Below, piece by piece: positions 39,991-52,869 of a DNA stretch of 64,000 nt. Position 1 is the stretch's first letter; each line of letters begins with the position of its first letter. The DNA is from Octopus vulgaris (lineage: Eukaryota), in assembly GCA_951406725.2 (NCBI GenBank), contig OX597817.1, positions 125,178,001 through 125,242,000 on the forward strand. Reading direction: 5' to 3'. The translations under genes were made by a program, and so were the position numbers. Under the pieces are notes generated by a model that saw only the letters and a list, made by a program, of their open reading frames with translations, ran no database searches and had not been told where the DNA came from.

Positions 39991-40539
39991 TTAGTTGATT
40001 TAAATGTTTCTATCTTTTTTAAATTCCATCTCCTCATCTACTTTCAGTTAATTGTTTATAATTTTAAAATTTTATTAAAACTTTACTGGTTTAAAAGCAT
40101 ACATATTATGATTTTTGTTATGAAACTAGAAGATGGCTTTTAAGCTATTTCTACCTATTACATTCGTGGCTAAAATTATTAAAATATTGATTTTATGAGC
40201 CAGTATCAGTGTTAGAGTTGATACCACTGTAAAGCATCAAATTTGAAATTCATCAGTATTTAAGTACTTCACACACATGCATGTACACATGCACTCACAC
40301 ATGCACACACACACATACATATATGCACTCATATGAAGAAGTTGAATAAAAACATACTAAATACTATGCACAGAAAGTTCTTTATTTATTGAAAATATTT
40401 CTTCTTCTAGAGAGTAAAGAACAATCACTTGGTGGAAAGATAATCTCAAGAACCAAGAATTGCCCTATATATAATACATATATACAGAAAAAAAAAGGGG
40501 GAATAGGTCTGGGTATATGATATGATAATACACACATAT

Positions 40540-40706
40540 ATATATGACAGGCTTCTTTCAGTTTCTGTCTACCAAATCCACTCACAAGGCTTTGGTTGGC
40601 TGGAGGCTATAGTAGAAGACACTTGCCCAAGGTGCCACACAGTGGGACTGAACCCAAAACCATCTGGCTGGGAATCAAACTTCTTACCACACAGCCATGC
40701 CTGTGC
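40540..40706 (-). mobile_element. SINE family 'A', 5' half
   Basis: Reverse complement of the 44968 copy head. Confidence 0.8.
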
Positions 40707-41010
40707 ATATATTTGAGAAAATATAAAACATTTCATGAATTTGTGTCTCATTCTTGCACAGAGACCATACTAAGCTCCTCTGTATTATTCCAATTTTAGC
40801 ATATGTTTTGCTGAAACAATATATACATAAACAATAATAAATCTCTGGGCGAGATATAAACAGTAACTGCTCTTATGATCCCTCTTATAATATATACATA
40901 TATATATACATATAGAGAAGATAAGAAATGGGGCAATAATTAACAATGAGAAGTGGATCATTGGTGTTTAAAAGTCATTATTTAATAGAATTATTTGATA
41001 GAATTTGGAA

Positions 41011-41091
41011 CCATTTACAGCTGTTTCTGTTTATTAAATCAGAGTAAATTTACAGTTACCTCATTACATTTAATAAACATCTTCAGAATGA
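41011..41091 (-). ncRNA. Apparently intact type I hammerhead ribozyme
   Basis: Minus strand: tcatt CTGAAGA tgtttattaaat..atttaataaaca GAAAC agct GTA aatgg; full core, 12-bp stem II, stem I catt/aatg, palindromic loop III AGCT. Confidence 0.8.
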
Positions 41092-41413
41092 ATAGAGGGA
41101 ATAAAAGGCAAAGAAAAAGAAAAAGAAAATGAAAACTATTCGTTAAAGTCTGTAGGCTTACATTTTAGTGACTTGTAAATTTCCATGTGTTAGTAGATTC
41201 CTTCATTAGATGCATATGTCAGTAAGTGGGGACGGTGACTATTTTTTGACTGGTGGTGTTGGCCGAAGGAGTTATATGTAATTACAAGGGAAGCCCTTGT
41301 TTAAACTAAGGATGCTATTACAATTTGTATGATATATTACAATTTGTGTGATATAGTATGTACAAATTTAATATAGGATTAATACGGTATTGTACTATAT
41401 AGATTATAATATA

Positions 41414-43595
41414 CTAGCAGTATCGCCCGGCATTGCTCAGGTTTGTAAGGGAAATAACTATATAAGCATTTTTAGAGATGTAAAGTATAATAGCCATCTC
41501 AATATGGCTAACCACAAATGGGGGGTATTACTGTAGCTTTTTACGTTCTGAGATTTAATAAATTTTTAGAGAGTTACTTCCCTTATATAATAGCAAAAAA
41601 TGCATTAAAAATGGGAAAAATGATGGTAAATTTTTTTTTAAATCGTAGACTCATCGTAGACGCGCGCTAATACCCAGAAGGGCTCGATATGAATCACAAC
41701 TATAAGATACTCGGTTTTGGTTAAACTGCACTGCAAAATGTGGGAGTAGTTAGGAATCTAAATCGTAGGAGACAGACAGAACACAACCTCACTTTTATAT
41801 ATAACTAGCAGTATCACCCGGCGTTGCTCGGGTTTGTAAGGGAAATAACTATATAAGCATTTTTAGAGATGTAAAGTATAATAGCCATCTCAATATCGCT
41901 AACCACAAAGGGAGGGGTGTTACTGTAGCTTTTTACGTTCTGAGATTTAAAAATAAATTTTTAGAGAGTTACTTCCCTTATATATGCAAAAAATGCATTA
42001 AAAGTGGGAAACATTGATAGTAAATATTTTTTTAAATCGTAGACTCATCATAGACGCACGCTAATACCCAGAAGGGCTCGATATGAATCACGACTATAAG
42101 ATACCCGGTTTTGGTTAAACTGCACCGCAAAATGTGGGAGTAGTTAGGAATCTAATTTGTAGGAGACAGACAGCACACAACCTCCCTTTTATATCTATAC
42201 TAGCAGTATCGCCCGGCGTTGCTCGGGTTTGTAAGGGAAATAACTATATAAGCATTTTTAGAGAGTTACTTCCCTTATAGATGCCAATTCGGGCTTTCTT
42301 AGCCATTTCTGTTTTGGTGTCTTCAGGCCATGAAATCGTCGTTCTGAAAGAACCCTGGTCTCCTTGACAACGCTTTATGACGTTGATTTCCTTACACTCC
42401 CTTCCCCACAGCTTCACGAGGGAGGGAAGAAGGGGGAGAAGCAAACACAGGTGTAGGTGTTTGAGCGTGGATGCCAACTCGGCCGCCATCGACACACGAA
42501 AAATTATGCATTAAAATGGAATAAAAAATGATGTTAAATTATTTTTTAAATCGTAGACTCATCGTAGACGCGCGCTAATAGCTAGACGGGCTCGATATGA
42601 ATCACGACTATAAGATACCCGAATTTGGTTAAACTGCACTGCAAAATGTGGGAGTAGTTAGGAATCTAAATCGAAGGGGATAGACACTCACACAACTACA
42701 GTTTTATATATCTATATATATAAAACTGTAGTTGTGTGAGTCTACGATTTTAAAAATAATTTAACATCATTTTTTATTCCATTTTAATGCATATTTTTTC
42801 GTGTGTCGATGGCGGCGGAGTTGGCGTCCATGCTCACACCTGCACCTGTGTTGCTTCTCCCCCTTCTTCCCTCCCTCGTGAAGCTGTGGGGAAGGGAGTG
42901 TAAGGAAATCAACGTCGTAATGCGTTGTCAAGGAGACCAGCGTTCTTTTAGAACAACGACTTCATGGATTGAAGTCGCCAAAACAGAAATCGCTAAAAAA
43001 GCTGAAACAGATCCACAAAAACGGCAAAAACCGCCACACAGGGCAGGTTTCCTGTGCAAACAATTTGCACAACCGAATGTTTTAGTTGTTGCACAAATCT
43101 TTATATATAAAAGTAAGGTTGTGTGTCTGTCTCCTACGATTTAGATTCCTAACCACTCCCACATTTTGCGGTGCAGTGTAACCAAAACCGGGTATCTTAT
43201 AGTCGTGATTCATATCGAGCCCTTTTGGGTATAGCACGCGTCTACGATGAGTCTACGATTTAAAAAAAAATTACCATCATTTTTTTATTCCATTTTAATG
43301 CATTTTTCGCTATTATATAAGGGAAGTAACTCTCTAAAAATGTCTACGATGAGTCAACGATTAAAAAAAAATTACCATCATTTTTTATTCCATTTTAATG
43401 CATTTTTCGCTATTATATAAGGGAAGTAACTCTCTAAAAATGTCTACGATGAGTCAACGATTTAAAAAAAAAATTACCATCATTTTTTATTCCATTTTTA
43501 ATTCATTTTTTGCTATTTTTTTGCTATAACTCACTAAAAATGCTTATATAGTTATTTCCCTTACAAACCCGAGCAACGCCGGGCGATACTGCTAG
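41414..43595. mobile_element. Array of five non-autonomous Helitron units: three minus (41414-41804, 41805-42199, 42200-42710), two plus (42711-43097, 43098-43595)
   Basis: Unit 5 is canonical: A|TC start and cccgagcaacgccggg hairpin + CTAG|T end; units 1-3 each show the reverse complement ctagcagtatc(g/a)cccggc; units are highly similar and retain CpGs, so they look young. Confidence 0.85.
43241..43560 (+). repeat. ~100-bp tandem repeat (about 3 copies) inside Helitron unit 5
   Basis: tctacgatgagtc(t/a)acgatt..attaccatcattttttattccattt recurs at ~43241, 43343, 43443. Confidence 0.85.
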
Positions 43596-44967
43596 TATAA
43601 AGATATAAAGATATTTCAGGAAACAGAATATTTGGTTTAAAATGTGAAGTTATGTTATGTGGTAGGTGGGATAGTAAGGGGAGGTAATCAGATGTTAAGG
43701 AGGTCTGTTAATAACCAGTAATGCAGGGATTAGCAATATTTAAAGAATAAGTAGAGTTTAATGATATTTCAAGAATAAGAATTTATCTTTATGCAAACAA
43801 ATTGTATTTTTCTCACCTCATTTATTAAGTAATTATAAATTAGACAAGCAAAATACAATTTGCATAAAGATAAATTCTTATTCTCAAAATATCATTAAAC
43901 TCTACTTATTCTTTATATATCACTAATCCCTGCATTACTGGTTATTAACGGACCCCCTTAACATCTTATTACCCCCTCCCCCTTATTATCCCACTAACCA
44001 CATAACATAACTTCACATTTTAAACCAAACACCCCAATTACCGTACTATATATTATAATCTACATAGTACAATACAGCATTAATCCTATCTTAAATTTCA
44101 TTTGATAGCTAGACTACCAACTCACACAACACGTAATAATTTTCTATTGAGTTTAATGATTGTTATGTACTCTTTAACTCTTTTTACTATTCCTTTACAT
44201 AGCCCATATGTACACACTATATCATACAAATTGTAATAGCATCCTTAGTTTAAACAACGACTTTCCTTGTAATTACAGGAACTAAATTAGAAGCCACAAA
44301 TTACCATACTTATTTCTAATTACAACACCAGATATCCCCACCATGTATAAGTCCTTCGGCCAACACCACCAGTCAACTAGTCACTGTCCCCACTTATTGT
44401 CATACACATCTAATGAAGGAATCTACTAATATGTGGAAATTTACAAGTCACTAATATGTAAGCTTACAGACTTCAATCAACATTTTTCCTTTTTTTCCTT
44501 TTCTTTTTCTTTCCCTTTTAAACACTAATGATCCACTTTTCATTGTTAATTATTGCTCCATTATCTTCACTATATATATTAAATTACCTACTATTGTATA
44601 CCTTATAACGAGGACAATACATAGTGAGGTAATACATCAGGAGTGCCTACGGATACATCTATTCCTTAGATGGTTGCATAACTTCTAACATATCTTGCTA
44701 TATATATATATACATATATACATACTTGTGTGCATTTGTGTCCTTGCCTTTATATTGTGTGGTCGTAATATAAATGTCAGTCATACAAGTAGTGTCCTTT
44801 CGTTTCAGTCATCCATGATTACATGTCCAATCATTGGGAAATATCAGCTTGTTTGGAAACTTTTGAGGATTTTTTATATACATACATACATACATATATA
44901 CACATACATATACATGCTTATATATATGTATAAACATACATAAATATATATTTACATATATATTTAT

Positions 44968-45365
44968 GGCACAGGAGTGGCTGTGTGGTAAGTAGCTTGT
45001 TTACCAACCACATGGTTCCGGGTTCAGTCCCACTATGTGGCACCTTGGGCAAGTGTCTTCTACTATAGCCTCGGGCCGACCAAATCCTTGTGAGTGGATT
45101 TGGTAGACGGAAACTGAAAGAAGCCCGTCGTATATATGTATATATATGCGTGTATGTGTTTGTGTGTCTGTGTTTGTCCCCCTAGCATTGCTTGACAACC
45201 GATGCTGGTGTGTTTATGTCCCTGTTACTTAGCGGTTCAGGAAAAGAGACTGATAGAATAAGTACTGGGCTTACAAAAGAATAAGTCCCGGGGTCGAGTT
45301 GCTCGATTAAAGGCGGTGCTCCAGCATTGCCGCAGTCAAATGACTGAAACAAGTAAAAGAGTATA
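44968..45365 (+). mobile_element. SINE family 'A', full length
   Basis: ggcacaggagtggctgtgtggtaag .. gactgaaacaagtaaaagag. Confidence 0.9.
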
Positions 45366-45892
45366 CAAATATATTCATATGCATGTGTATATATACATAA
45401 ACACAAAGACACATGTATACACACATATACACATACCGAAAACATATACATGCATTTCAATTCATCATTATAGAATATGGCAGATGTAACACTTTAGTAT
45501 ATAAATATTTCAACTATATACATTAGCAGTATTAAGATATTGACAATTTCATTACTACGTATTTAATATGAGCATATGTGAGAATGTTTCTGTCTTTATA
45601 AAATTATGTTATACAGTGATGCTTGCTTGCCTTCAGTTCCACACTGCTTCATTAGCAGTGTGGAGTAGAAGGCAATCAGAAATTAAAAACGTAAGCAGAA
45701 GCTGAAATATCAAGTAGTGTTATGTCATACTTTTATCAATTTAGTATTTCCTCAATATTAACTGCTGCATCAGCGATGAGCATATAAACCATCTGCTAGT
45801 GTATCAGAAGGAGAATTAAGTATCTCCAAGGGAGCAGAAGAATCTTTCTGATAGGCAGACTATACCAAAACTTAGAATATTGGAAAAATTTT

Positions 45893-45959
45893 AAACACAG
45901 TACAGCCTAAACCAAGTGTAATTTTATAAAACACAGTACAGCCTAAACAAAGTGTAATT
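45893..45959 (+). repeat. Short tandem duplication (~36-bp period, 2 copies)
   Basis: aaacacagtacagcctaaac(c/a)aagtgtaatt twice. Confidence 0.85.
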
Positions 45960-48900
45960 CAAAATAAAGTATTACAGAAAATGTAATTTCATCAGATGCC
46001 CTGCAGACAGAAATGGTTGCACAGGGTTTGAAGTATACTCAGATTTGTAAAGGACCATTTGTTCCTACATAATACTGATCAATGAATAAGAGAGTGTAGG
46101 GAAATAGATATAGATAACTTTGTTTATTGTCTAAAGAAGAAAGTAACTTTTGCTATTGGTGTTTGCTATTTTCATGAAATGCCATTCAATGTTCATCAGA
46201 ATAAGAATATGGATTCAATCATTGAAAAGTGCCAGAAAGGCTTAGCATCCATGAAAAGGGAAGAAAAATCATTGATATTGCTTTCCATAGAGAAAAGGAA
46301 TAGAAACAAATCTTTTAGGAAGTAGGTGAATCATTATTACCATAACACTCCAAGCTCAAATTGCATTTGGAAAACAAAAGTGGTGAGCAGCTGTTTTCCA
46401 TAGAATTCTCTATTGTATAAGATTTCTAGAAAGTCAAAACCTTACATTTCATGGTCAAATGGAATCCTATAGACCAGAAGATATAAGCAATTTTAGAATT
46501 TTTGGTGATGGTGTCGATTAAAATTGTTAGCATACTTTGATTTTGCTATGAAAATTCCTCTTGTGGAAAGAAACTCAGGGAAAATATTTTATATATAACT
46601 CTGTTTGTACAACAGTTTTCCTCAACTGGGAGTAGTTCATCTGATTGCTACATGAATGAATTTTACAAAATATCTTTTCTCGGATCGATCCAATTAATAT
46701 GAACACAGGTGTAATTTTAGAACAACTTGTAAAAGACAAAATACTGTTGCATAACTATTGATCTCAGTGCTGTTACACTGCTGCATTTGTGACTAGTTAT
46801 AAAACTAATGCTCAACAGAAGATTAAGGAAAACATGTAGTAATATCTTTGTAAACAGTAATAATTGTTCCCTCAATTTGCTGTATTTTTTTGTTGTAATT
46901 TACTCATTTTATTTATTATTTTTCTGTCCAGCTCACCATTGGTAAAGCTGAAAGGTGTCATACGAACAGATGTCAAATCTGAATCTAAGATTCAACGGAG
47001 ATCTAAAACAGAGACTATGAAACCAGTTCATGAATAGTAATAAATAAATTGGTTTGTAAAAAGAACCTGTTATATACTTGGATCAGTTATGATGCATTGA
47101 TTATATTTATGTCTTGCAGAGTCATTCAGTCACTTTAATCAATTAATCTCTATCCAGTTCTCCATTTGCAAATGCTAAATAATGCCATACCAATAAATTG
47201 CTTAGTCTAAGCTTGAAAACTCAATTGAATATCAGAACAGAATCTATGAAGCCAATTCAGAAAATACTTTAGTTTAAAGATGTGTAAAAAGAATCTGATA
47301 TGTGCTTGGATCACTTATTAGAAATTGTTTAACTTGGTCCTAAATGTTTTGGTTATCAAAATGTTGGAAGTACAACAGTTTGATGATGCCATAGAGACCT
47401 ACATTAAAACAATGAACATGTGACAGAAATTTCTTATGGTAGCCAAAAATATTATGACTGTATGCATTAACCCCAGAAGGATATCTACTGGAGAGGAATA
47501 TTCAAGGTAACATTACACCTAGTCTTTATTTCATTTTTGACTGATTGCCTTTCAGCTAGCCAACGTGGAATACTAGATAAAGAAGAGAAAGACTTGACTC
47601 ATCCAGTATCTTCATGGTCTAAACTTGTATGCTACTAATTTTCCCTAAATCTGCCATGAAATTAAGATTCCATCTAAGCTGGTTATTGGAAGAAGGTTAT
47701 GCTACAATAAGTCAGACTGGCAGGATGAGTAAATGATTTGAAACTCTATGAAGGGTAAATAATACAAGGTATGGACAATTCAGCTCTCTGTAAATACTTG
47801 ATCAAAGGTGCAACTAAATCTCTATGCAAGAAAGCTATATGAATATTTTAAGTGTTAAAGTATTCTGACCACTCGACAGCAAAAACATCATATGTTCAAT
47901 TAGCACATTTGTTGTGCTAGCTATAACACATGTTGCTGTAGTATTGGACTAGAACACTAGAATACCATAAATCTGGTCTCTAGATTTAACACAAGAAATC
48001 TTGTGAAAATATTGCATGCTACACAGGAAATCTGACACTTGATGACTGTACAACCCAAGAAGACAAATTATAGCAGACAATTGCATGTTAGGAGTCATTT
48101 AGAAAGATAGCCATTAATTTTTTCTCACGGCATTTTTGACTCACAAGAAAACCTGCTATGTACCCTTGTTAATTATAATTATACCACCATTAGGAAATCT
48201 ACAATGTCTGCAGCACAACAACAAAATTCTCAACAAGACTGAAAACTCTAAATCTAAATCTTATATTTTAGAATGGCTTATTAGATAATTCCAATGAGCA
48301 ACCAACATTAAAAGCGAAACTTTATATGATCAATACTTTCCTCAACTGTTTTGCAAAAGTGATTTGAAAATTTAAGGAAAAAAAACTGATTTAAATATTG
48401 AGCTAAAAACGTTCTGAAGTTAATTTGTGTGTCCAACTACATTTGTAATTAGTACAACTGAAAATCTGCACAGCTAATTCTACAAAGACAGTGGTAGATC
48501 ACAATAAGGGTAGACATAGGCAGGTTCCAGAAAATACTAGGGTGACTAAATGTTTTTAGAGCATTGTGGTGAAATTTGGGTCCTAAATGTAGAGTGTATT
48601 TCAAGTAATAAAAGGAAATGAGCTGAACATGCTCATCAAGATGTATAATATCAATGTGCATGAACAAAACAGAATGAATGAACTTATAGAAAAAACTATG
48701 TTAAAAGAAATAAGATAAAACTTGTAAGAGAAATGAATGTGACGGTAAAAGCATATGATAAATTGTATGAATGAAAGCATCTAATCAAAGAAATGCTAAG
48801 TATTGAAAATTTATGGTGTTTATGGAAGAGGAATACTTAGGATGACATGGCATGAAATACTGTAAAGATTTCTCAAAATACTGAACTTCAAACAAGAAAT

Positions 48901-49029
48901 GACATGGAGCTGCAATAATTGAAGACGAGCTACACTGGAAAAAATCAGCTCTTTTTGGCTATGCATGGTAGAGATAGCACTAACAAAATGGAATGGCCAG
49001 AATACTGTCAATGTATCAATCCACTACTC

Positions 49030-51865
49030 CCTCCTTACTTTCCTCTCTCCTGGGTTGATTTACCTGCATTTATCCTCTACTTTTTAAATCCAGCTTTTCT
49101 CTCAGGTGCTTACATTATATCGTGTATGCTCACTAACATTGCACATCCAACGAAGCATACTTGCTTCAATCCTTGCAAGCTTATGCATATCCTCAGCAGT
49201 TACAGCCCATGTTTCACTGCCATGTACTAGGGATGTTCACACATATGCATCATACAGTCTACCTTTTACTCTGAACAAGAGGCACTTTGTCACAGGCAGA
49301 GGTAAGAGCTCTCTGAACTTTGCCCAGGCTATTCTTATTCTAGCTGCTACACTTTCGGAGCATCCACCCCTGCTACTGACTTGGTCACCTAGGTAATGGA
49401 AGCTATCCACCAGTTTTTCTCCCTGGAATTTGACAGAAGCTGTTCTCTGCACATTTTAAGTGTTTATAGCACCTGAGCATTTGCCACATACAAAAAACTA
49501 TCTTCCCAGTTAGCCTTCCTTTGATATTGCTGCACCCCTTATGTGTCCATAGCTTACACTGGGTACATCTTATAGTTTTTACCTATGCTTTTTCTACATA
49601 TCGAGCAGGGCCATATACCTGAAGGGATTTGTGGTTTTTCTGCCTTCCTACTTATTAGAACTTTGGTTTTATCTAGGTTGACTCTAAGGCCCTTTGATTC
49701 TAATCCTTGCTTCCACATCTGAAACTTTTCCTCTAGTTCTGATAGTGACTCAGCAATTAGAGCAAGGTCATCAGCATAGAGGAGTTCCCAGAGGTATCCT
49801 GTCTTGAATCCTTCTGTTATTGCCTGGAGGACTATGATGAATAAGAGGGGACCGAGGACTGAACCTTGGTGGACCCCTACTTCTACTCGGAATTCTTCAC
49901 TGTATTTGTTGCCAGCCTTCACCTTACTGACAGTACCCCTTTACATTGCTTGCACAGCTCTTACTAACCATTCATGTATCTTTAATTTCCTCTTTGACCA
50001 CCAGATAAGGGATCGGGGGACCCTGTCAAATGCTTTCTCCATGTCAACGAAAGCCAGGTACAGAATTTTATCTGTGGCTAGGTATTTTTTCTTGCAGCTG
50101 TCTTACCAGAAATATAGCATCAGTGGTGCTTTTTCCTTGCACGAACCCAAATTGCATCTCATCTAGACTGACACACTTCCTGATTAGTTGGGCTATGACC
50201 CTCTCCGTGACCTTCATTACCTGGTCCAACAACTTGTATCTAAAGCGTCACCTTTACCTTTGTAGTAGTTGACTATGGAGCTGTTACACCAGTCATTGGA
50301 TGTGACTCCTTCATGTACCACCTAGTTAACAATACTGGTAACTAGGCTGTAGCTGACACTGCCAGATATTTTGAGCATCTCTGCAGTGATTCCTGATGGG
50401 CCAGGGGCATTCCCTGCTTTCATACTCTTAATTGCTTTATCTACCAAAGTTCTGTCATTTCGGATAGCTGGTCCCTCTGTTGGGTCAGCATTTGGCAAAC
50501 TTTTTCTCTCCCATTCTTTCTCTTTATTGAGCAACCTTTCATAGAGGCGTCTCCAAACCTCTCTCTTTGCAGCATCGTTTAATGCAAGTGAGCCATCTTC
50601 CATGTAGATACATTTCTCTCCTATGACACCATGATTCTCTCTCACACACTGTCTTGCAACACGAAATACCTCAAGTCTTTGGTCCTCCTGGCATAGAATA
50701 TTGGCAAGATTTTTCTTATCTGCATCCCCTCTAGCTACAAAACCAGTCTCCTAGCTTCCCTTCTGGCAGTCTGATACAATTCCCTGCTACCACTGTTCTT
50801 GCGGTTCTTCCAAACCTGTTTCTTTTCTCTAATAGCCCTGTCAACAACATTATTCCACCACCAAGTTACCTTGGGTTGTGAGGGGACTTTGCACCATCCA
50901 CAGATCTGCAGTGGCCCTCAGCAGGTTGTCCTGTAGAAACTTCCAGTTGTCTTCCACATAATGTGAAGCTATATCCCCTTCTATTTCGTCAAAATCTCCA
51001 AGTAATATGTCTCTAAATCACTGTCCACTCACAGGATCTTTAAGCTTCCAGACCTTTATCCTCCATGGTGGTCATCTTCTGGGCATCCATTTAGCCCTGA
51101 TCCTGAAGTAACTAACTACTAATCTATGTTGTGGGGTACATTCTTCACCTGGGAAGGTTTTGGCATTTATAAGCAGCCATCTTTCCCTTTTCTGGCGAGG
51201 ATGTAGTCAATTTGGCTAGTGTGTCTGCCATAATGGAAGGTGATTAGGTGACTGGCAGGTTTCCTGAAGTTAGTATTGCAAACCATAAGATCATTTGCAT
51301 CACAGAACTCGAGCAGCCTGGTTCCCTCCTCATGTACGCCATTGAAGCCCCCTGCATGTTGTCCAACATGTCCATTAAAGTCACCAGCCACAAAGAGAAG
51401 GTCCCTGTCATTCGTAAATGAGGTAGTCTGCAAGAGAGTGTCATAGAATCGGTCTTTCTGTCCATCAGGTAGCCCCAGCTGAGGGGCATAGGCTGAGATA
51501 ATGGTTGCTAACTATGATGTAGCACTAATCTAATCTTAGCATTCTATCACATACTCTGACTATCTCGATTACCTTATCAACCCATTTCTCTACAAGAAGT
51601 ATACCCATGCCCCCGACCCCGTCAGTGTTCTCAGCTCAGAAAATCTTGTACCTGTGTTCTTTGCCTGTGAGGAACCTAGCGTAACCTCCTCTCCACCTTA
51701 CTTCTTGGAGGCAGCACAAATCTACACATCTCCATTCAAGCATCTAAACAATCTCACCAGACCTACCTTTCAGAGCGCTGACATTGAGTGTGCTAACTCT
51801 GAGGGTGTGGGAGGTGTGGGCCCATGAAACCCTGGGATGGGGGACAGCAGCAACATGTACCTGAA
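49030..51865 (-). pseudogene. RTE-clade LINE, nearly full ORF (APE endonuclease + RT), inactivated
   Basis: LRVSTLNV..VDLCCLQEVRW; VAGDFNGHVG; SQIDYIL; APGPSGITAEMLK; VGVHQGSVLGPLLFIIV..ELLYADDL; FHYLG; ORF broken into pieces by frameshifts and stops. Confidence 0.92.
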
Positions 51866-52616
51866 AAGAAAGCTCACTTTTGACTGAATTCTTAAACAAA
51901 CAATAGCCTTCAACGTTCATACACTCCATTATTATTTTTATGCACTATATGATCACTACCTTACATAGGAGATTAACCCTCAGTAGGGGTGGGGATGGTG
52001 TTAAGCCTTTAGAAGTGTTCATGGGAGACAACCAAAGGATGACAGAGGATAGGTAATTCTGGTACAGGTGGAGAGGGTGGGAGGGCGGGTTTACCGCAAG
52101 ATAGCAAAATTAGGAGAGGCCATCTTCTAGATTCATATTCATTTTGGGGGAGGCGTTATTAAAATGGAGTAGGGGAATCTGAGTGCGTGAGCTAGCTTAT
52201 ATAAGGTGGGGTTGTGGTGAAGGAGGGGGAAGTGTTGGTGAAGCAAGTGGTAAATCAAAACTGAGAGAGAGGAAGCTGGTCAGGGATAGAGCACGAGGAA
52301 GAAAAATATTCTTTTGGGATTTTGGGTAACATAATTTGATGAAACAGCAAATGCTAATAGTGAAACAGAATGGAGAAATCTTAGAATTCTCGGTCAGCCA
52401 ATCTGTGAGAAAATTAGAGAAATAAGTGACAATGTGACAAACTTGAATAAATGAATAAGTGAAGAATAGCAAATATGCATAAGTTTGTCTTAAAGCAACA
52501 TCGAGAAAGACGAAATTATGTTTAAAGTATGTTTTCATGGTAATGAAATAGATAGAATAATGAAAAGAACTAATAAGGGGGTTTATGATCTGTGCAGAAA
52601 TAGAGGAGTAGATGTA

Positions 52617-52862
52617 CATCATCATCATCATCATCATCATTTAGCGTCCGTTCTCCATGCTAGCATGGGTTGGACGGTTCAACTGGTGTCTGTGAAGCTG
52701 GAAGGCTTCATCAGGCCCAGTCAGATCTGGCAGTGTTTCTACGGCTGGATGCCCTTCCTAACGCCAACAACTCCGTGAGTGTAGTGGGTGCTTTTTACGT
52801 GCCACCCGCACAGGTGCCAGACAGAGCTGGCAAATGGCCACAAACGGATGGTGCTTTTACGT
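52617..52862 (-). mobile_element. SINE-like family 'B'
   Basis: (CAT)n + ttagcgtccgttctccatgctagcatggg. Confidence 0.85.
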
Positions 52863-52869
52863 GAGGTTG

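Larger units (their letters stand above)
40912..44698 (+). mobile_element. Large fold-back Penelope-like relic P5; left arm (40912-41413 + ~43631-43810) split by a Helitron array, right arm ~43850-44575
   Basis: ttagtgacttgtaaatttcca, agtagattccttcattagatg, gactggtggtgttggccgaagga and tttggtttaaaatgtgaagttatgttatgtgg all recur inverted in 43850-44575; the right arm begins with ..LHKDKFLFSKYH*, loosely like the C-terminus of Penelope ORFs. Confidence 0.75.

Noticed and set aside
42244-43144. Two paralogous small ORFs MSMAAELAS.. as a gene pair
   Set aside because: They start at GTG in inverted Helitron units and diverge into unrelated sequence at their C-termini; kept only as possible captured DNA
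41414-43595. CRISPR-like or satellite array
   Set aside because: Units are ~390-510 bp with Helitron termini and no unique spacers; eukaryotic context
45600-48430. Ancient LINE or host exons in a microsatellite-free stretch
   Set aside because: Only faint RT-like hints near 47490-47540 and no ORF of 60 aa or more; cannot be classified by eye
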